Source: an uncultured bacterium
GTDB lineage: Bacteria; CSSED10-310; CAZUFC01
Direction: 5' to 3'
Assembly (NCBI GenBank): GCA_964619725.1
Contig: CAZUFC010000017.1
Span: 1 to 64,000, forward strand
Length of the DNA stretch: 64,000 nt
Shown: piece after piece, positions 59,694 to 64,000 of the stretch
How the letters are laid out: every line of letters starts with the position of its first letter
Numbering within the stretch: the stretch's first letter is position 1
Made by a program: the position numbers and the translations under genes
Notes under the pieces: model-generated
Told to the model about the DNA's origin: nothing
What the model saw: the letters and a program-made list of their open reading frames with translations, nothing else
The model's database searches: none

Positions 59694-60968
59694 ATGAATC
59701 CTGTTTCTTTACAAAACCTGATAGTAATTATAAGTCTAATCGGGTTATCTGCGTTTTTTTCAGGTTCGGAAACCGCATTTTTTTCTCTGAGCCGCTGGAA
59801 GATCGCCATATTCCGAAAAAAGCGGCTTCCCTATGCCGAACGGCTTCACCGGCTGGTGTCAAAGCCGCGAAGACTGCTGATCACCATACTTTTATGCAAT
59901 AATCTGGTTAACATAGCAGCGACGTCGTTGACCGAACGTTTTTTCGAGACAAAACTGCCTCAACTGGGCGTAATCGGTTCCATTGTATTCATGACGGTAA
60001 TGCTGTTGCTGTTCGGCGAAATAACCCCCAAAGTAATAGCGGTAAACGAACCGGAGCGTTTTGCGGTCAAGGCTTCCCGGCCGATCGCTTTTTTTACGGC
60101 GCTGTTTTCGCCGTTTCGTTATTTCTTTGAACAGATAATACGGATTACCGATAAACTTTTGATGCGGACCGAAGCGACGAAAGATTATTTCGTCTCGGAA
60201 GCTGAATTGAAGTCGCTTATCCGATTGGTTCAGAAGAAGGGGCTGATACAGCAGAAAACGGGAGATTTCATCGAAAGCTTATTCACCCTGAAGGATACGC
60301 CGGTAAAAGCGGTCATGACGCCAAGGACCGACATGGCTTTAATGTCGTCGGGAACGACCATTCAGCAGGCCGTTCAATTTTACAGGAAGAAGCCTTTTTC
60401 GCGTATTCCGGTATACAAGACGAGAAGAGAAGAAATCGTGGGCATATTATACGCAAAGGACCTTTTAGAGTATCATTACGGACTGAAAAAAGGCTCTAAA
60501 ATCAAACCTTTGCTCCATTCGCCGCATTTTGTTCCGGAAACTAAAAGCGCCAAAGCGCTTCTGAAAGAGATGATGAGGTTAAAAATTCAAATAGCGATAG
60601 CAGTGGATGAGCATGGGGGAACGGCAGGCATGGTGACTCTGGACGATCTGCTGGAGGAGATGGTGGGCGATATTTCGCAGCCGTCCAACCAATCGTTGAT
60701 CAAGACATTGCCCGGCGGACAGTCGCTTATCGACGGCCGGACGCCCATCAGCATTTTCAACCGGTATTTCAACGCATCTTTGAAGTCCGAAGAATATTAC
60801 ACGATAGGGGGAGTGCTTCTTGACAATTTCGGCCGTTTGCCGAACAAACAGGAAAGCATTGAAATTGGAAACTTGCGGATTTGGGTGGTAGACGTCCAGG
60901 GAGCCAAAATAACCAGGGTCCTGGTTGAACCGATAAATCCGGAAATCAACGAGGGAACGAAAAATTAA
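59694..60968 (+). CDS. CNNM (DUF21)-CBS-CorC hemolysin-family protein
   Basis: SAFFSGSETA, TILLCNNLVN, FGEITPK, MTPR, SRIPVY, VDEHGGT. Confidence 0.92.
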   Translation: MNPVSLQNLIVIISLIGLSAFFSGSETAFFSLSRWKIAIFRKKRLPYAERLHRLVSKPRRLLITILLCNNLVNIAATSLTERFFETKLPQLGVIGSIVFMTVMLLLFGEITPKVIAVNEPERFAVKASRPIAFFTALFSPFRYFFEQIIRITDKLLMRTEATKDYFVSEAELKSLIRLVQKKGLIQQKTGDFIESLFTLKDTPVKAVMTPRTDMALMSSGTTIQQAVQFYRKKPFSRIPVYKTRREEIVGILYAKDLLEYHYGLKKGSKIKPLLHSPHFVPETKSAKALLKEMMRLKIQIAIAVDEHGGTAGMVTLDDLLEEMVGDISQPSNQSLIKTLPGGQSLIDGRTPISIFNRYFNASLKSEEYYTIGGVLLDNFGRLPNKQESIEIGNLRIWVVDVQGAKITRVLVEPINPEINEGTKN

Positions 60969-61009
60969 CATTGACGCCAGGAGAATGCGACCGTAAATGA
61001 TTTAAGGAT

Positions 61010-62272
61010 ATGGAATCTTTTTTGATCGGGATAATAATTATTGCTTTTTCGCTGTTTTTTTCTGCTTTCTTTTCCGGCAGTGAAACCGGTCTTATAACCT
61101 GCAACAGGATAAGGGTTCAAATATCGGCTGATAAGGGTTCCGCCGCCGCCAAAACGCTGTTGCGATTGTTAAACAACCAGGAAAAAACGATCGTTTTCAT
61201 ACTCATCGGCAACAACATCGCCAACGTTACCGGCGCTGCCGTCGCCACAGCATTTCTCTTCCGATGGCTGAGCTTCAATCCCCTTCAAACTACTCTCATC
61301 ATGACTCCCCTCTTCCTGATATTCGGTGAAATATTACCCAAAGCTCTTTTCGTCTCTAATCCCGAAAAACTCGCCATGACCGTCGCGCTTCCCCTCGAAA
61401 TGATTTCATACATCCTGAAACCCCTTACGGAATTGTTCTCATATTTAACCAAAATACTGCACAAAACTTTCAGAAGAAGCGCCAGGCAGGGACCGACAAC
61501 TTTAACGAAGGAAGAATTAAAGATGATGGTCGAAATGTCGAAAAGGAATTCCGATATTCCCGACGATGAACGCTTAATCGTAACGCGCCTGTTTGAATTT
61601 ACGGAAAAAGTCGTTCGGGAAGCCATGATACCGCTGGTCAACGTGACCGCCCTGTCACTGGAATCCTCCACCGTAGACGTGGTTAGAAGCATGAAAAGAA
61701 CGGGGTATTCCCGTATTCCCGTCTACAGGGACCGAATAGACAATATGATCGGTATCGTCAATGCCGACGATCTTCTGATTTCTTCTGAAACGCAAAAGGA
61801 TATTTCCGATCTTATCCGTAAAGCTCCCTACGTTCCCGAACTGCAGGAAGTGGATAGAGCATTGACGGATTTTCAAAAACAGGGAGCTTCCTTTGCATTC
61901 GTTGTGGACGAATACGGCGCAGTAAGCGGAATCATCACCATTGAGGATTTACTGGAGGAGGTACTCGGAGAAATTCATGATGAATATGATCCTCCTGCGC
62001 CCAGTAAACTCAAACAATTGCAAAAAAACATGTGGTCCGCTGACGCGAGTATTGAAATTGAAGCCTTGAACGAAGCGTTACCCGCTAAAATCATCAAAGG
62101 TGACTATGAAACCCTGGCAGGATTTCTCCTGTCTCTCATCAGACGCATACCCGCTCCCGGCGAAATAATACACAGCAATCCCTTTACTTTTACTATAATC
62201 CATTCTGACGAAAAAAGAATAAAAAAGGTCAGGATACTTCTGGCGCCTTCTACAGAACGGACTGCTCCCTAG
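61010..62272 (+). CDS. CNNM (DUF21)-CBS-CorC protein, tandem paralog
   Basis: SAFFSGSETG, LIGNNIAN, FGEILPK, SRIPVY, VDEYG, EIHDEYD. Confidence 0.92.
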   Translation: MESFLIGIIIIAFSLFFSAFFSGSETGLITCNRIRVQISADKGSAAAKTLLRLLNNQEKTIVFILIGNNIANVTGAAVATAFLFRWLSFNPLQTTLIMTPLFLIFGEILPKALFVSNPEKLAMTVALPLEMISYILKPLTELFSYLTKILHKTFRRSARQGPTTLTKEELKMMVEMSKRNSDIPDDERLIVTRLFEFTEKVVREAMIPLVNVTALSLESSTVDVVRSMKRTGYSRIPVYRDRIDNMIGIVNADDLLISSETQKDISDLIRKAPYVPELQEVDRALTDFQKQGASFAFVVDEYGAVSGIITIEDLLEEVLGEIHDEYDPPAPSKLKQLQKNMWSADASIEIEALNEALPAKIIKGDYETLAGFLLSLIRRIPAPGEIIHSNPFTFTIIHSDEKRIKKVRILLAPSTERTAP

Positions 62273-62295
62273 CGCCCGTCCATAATGAAGAGTAT

Positions 62296-62401
62296 TGTGT
62301 TTGGAGCGCTCACTTAATACTCCATCAGCGTAAATTTCAAAGTTCAGTTTTGAAGTTGAGTTGAGGTCTAAAGAGAGGTGGGCGTGAGCATTCCAAACAC
62401 A
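62296..62401. repeat. Inverted-repeat element upstream of the TA module
   Basis: TGTGTTTGGAGCGCTCAC ... GTGAGCATTCCAAACACA (16/18 complementary). Confidence 0.55.
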
Positions 62402-62408
62402 TCAGAAT

Positions 62409-62437
62409 TTGACATAATTTCATAAATTTTTTATGAT
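62409..62437 (+). promoter_or_regulatory. sigma70 promoter with overlapping palindrome (TA autoregulation)
   Basis: TTGACA-N17-TATGAT; TCATAAA-TTT-TTTATGA palindrome. Confidence 0.65.
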
Positions 62438-62458
62438 AATATGCGAAAGGAGGATCGA

Positions 62459-62701
62459 ATGACGAAAAGAACGACCGTCGTTATAGAAGAGGAATTACTG
62501 GCAGCGGTGAAGGAATTTGCTGCCGACAAGGGTTGGAGCCTTAGTAAAGCCGTGGCCGAATTGGTTAAGATCGGTATGAATCGTCCGAAAGAAGCTGAAA
62601 ACTATGCTTTTACCTGGCGAACATTCAGGGGTAAAACCGCGCCCGGTCTTGACATTGACGACAGGGACAAGCTGTATGACATGATGGAAGGGGAAAAATG
62701 A
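62459..62701 (+). CDS. RHH-type (VapB-like) antitoxin
   Basis: KRTTVVIEEELL..VK..A; SD AGGAGG; ATGA overlap with toxin. Confidence 0.8.
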   Translation: MTKRTTVVIEEELLAAVKEFAADKGWSLSKAVAELVKIGMNRPKEAENYAFTWRTFRGKTAPGLDIDDRDKLYDMMEGEK

Positions 62702-63138
62702 AAACCATTGATACGAATATTCTTGTTTATGGTCATCGAGAAGAATTCGACAGACATAATAAGGCATTATCGTTAATCAAAGAACTTTGTGAGGGAGATG
62801 AGCCGATCATTATTTTGTGGCCCTGCATATATGAATTTTTAAGGATAGTAACTCATTCCAGACTGTTTTATCCTCCGACGCCCTTGAGCCTGGCATTGGA
62901 AGCGATCGAGGGTATTTTGAATTCTCCCTGCATTATAACCGTTGGAGAAACCAGGCGACATATAACATGTTTAAATGAAATGACGTCAAAAGGAAGCTGC
63001 AAAGGCAACCTGGTTTTTGATGCTCATATTGCAGCGTTAATGAAGGAGCACGGAATAGATGAGATACTGACGACAGACAAGGATTTTCATCGTTTTCCGG
63101 GTTTGACCGTCACTGATCCATTTCAGAGCGGGGATTAG
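62698..63138 (+). CDS. vapC: PIN-domain VapC toxin
   Basis: IDTNILVY, EFLRIVTH, GNLVFDAHIAAL, TDKDF. Confidence 0.92.
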   Translation: MKTIDTNILVYGHREEFDRHNKALSLIKELCEGDEPIIILWPCIYEFLRIVTHSRLFYPPTPLSLALEAIEGILNSPCIITVGETRRHITCLNEMTSKGSCKGNLVFDAHIAALMKEHGIDEILTTDKDFHRFPGLTVTDPFQSGD

Positions 63139-63262
63139 TCGACGAATCTTCGGCATGACTTTCCGGCTCGGCGGATTGACACAGAACGTTTTTGATTGAT
63201 AGAGTTTTCCAGCTTTTTCTTTTAAGCATGAACCTTGAGAAAAGAGGGCTGCAAGAGTAATA

Positions 63263-64000
63263 ATGAAAGCATGCACAAATATACTGAAAGCAGCGCTGCC
63301 GGTTTTTTGCATTTTATCGATATGCTGCGGCCAGAGCCCCGGTTCGGGGGGTACTTCTTCCGGCGGGCTTTCCGAAGTTAAAGGGAACGTCGTCAACGGT
63401 TCATGGACTGCGGATTTAAAAGGTTTCGATCCTGTGGACGGCGGCGACACTTATTCCGGTCAGGCCATAAACATGGTGTACGAGGGATTGATGCAATATC
63501 ATTATCTCAAGCGGCCCTTCCAGGTGGAGCCGTGTCTGGCTGACGGCGAACCGGACATATCGGAAGACCTGAGGGTTTATACTTTTAAAATCAAAAAGGG
63601 AGTATTTTTTATAGACGATGAATGTTTTCCTGCCGGAAAAGGGCGGGAAGCGGCGGCGGAAGATTTCATATTTTCATTTAAACGTATTGCGGACGTAAAA
63701 ACCAACAGCACGGGATATTGGATATTCGAGGGTAAAATCAAGGGTCTGGATGATTTCCGGGAACATTCCAAAACCTCTAAGGAAACGGATTACAATCTTC
63801 CTATAGAAGGCCTCCAGGCGCCTGATCCTCATACTTTACAGATAAAACTGACCGAGGCGTATCCGCAACTGCTGTACGTGCTCGCCATGCCTTATACGAA
63901 AGCGGTTCCCCGCGAGGCCGTCGAATATTACGGACAGGAGTTTTTAAACCATCCTGTGGGAACGGGCCCTTATAAACTTTCCGATTGGATTCGCAACTCC
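63263..64000 (+). CDS. ABC transporter substrate-binding protein, family 5 (partial, runs off window)
   Basis: Lipoprotein-like signal; KGFDP, VYEGL.QY.YLKRP, YTFKIKKGV.F, EDFIFSFKR, PVGTGPY; absent from the ORF track because there is no stop in the window. Confidence 0.88.
   Translation, partial: MKACTNILKAALPVFCILSICCGQSPGSGGTSSGGLSEVKGNVVNGSWTADLKGFDPVDGGDTYSGQAINMVYEGLMQYHYLKRPFQVEPCLADGEPDISEDLRVYTFKIKKGVFFIDDECFPAGKGREAAAEDFIFSFKRIADVKTNSTGYWIFEGKIKGLDDFREHSKTSKETDYNLPIEGLQAPDPHTLQIKLTEAYPQLLYVLAMPYTKAVPREAVEYYGQEFLNHPVGTGPYKLSDWIRNS

Noticed and set aside
59465-59809. 115-aa N-terminal extension of PBP1A in the ORF track
   Set aside because: Overlaps the divergent CNNM gene; the TM anchor follows ATG 59464
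1-64000. Genome-wide UGA reassignment (code 4/25) as explanation of the TGA at 8155
   Set aside because: Conserved genes such as clpP, mnmE and rlmN end properly at TGA, and Trp is encoded by TGG
1-64000. CRISPR array, integron, prophage or transposase
   Set aside because: No regularly spaced repeats, integrase, transposase or phage structural cluster; the S74-like domain occurs in an isolated signal-peptide protein

Overview
Chromosomal window from a diderm bacterium using translation table 11; outer-membrane barrels and FadL support the diderm call. Housekeeping genes include tRNA-Leu-tig-clpP-engB, argS, tRNA-Val, rlmN, mnmE-mnmG, lipA and a class A PBP. These are interleaved with many cell-envelope genes: five GT-C-type membrane glycosyltransferases (including TMEM260/DUF2723-, DPY19- and TMTC-like), two non-canonical sulfatase-fold proteins, an SGNH hydrolase and several secreted surface proteins. 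There are two PIN-toxin TA modules and small dispersed palindromic or MITE-like repeats. Top observations: (1) two ORFs (8155-8421 and 7084-8103) are in frame across a single TGA in a Cys-TGA-Gly context followed by a SECIS-like hairpin, suggesting a secreted 445-aa selenoprotein. (2) This protein and an unrelated beta-helix protein share a Pro/Thr linker plus a conserved ~115-aa C-terminal domain, a candidate lineage-specific sorting or anchoring signal. (3) A DPY19-like gene is co-oriented with and directly downstream of tig-clpP-engB. (4) A sigma54 promoter/IHF/enhancer arrangement at 41.6-41.9 kb points into a structured, GGA-containing region with no long ORF, a candidate sRNA. All family calls come from motif recognition by eye; no database searches were run.
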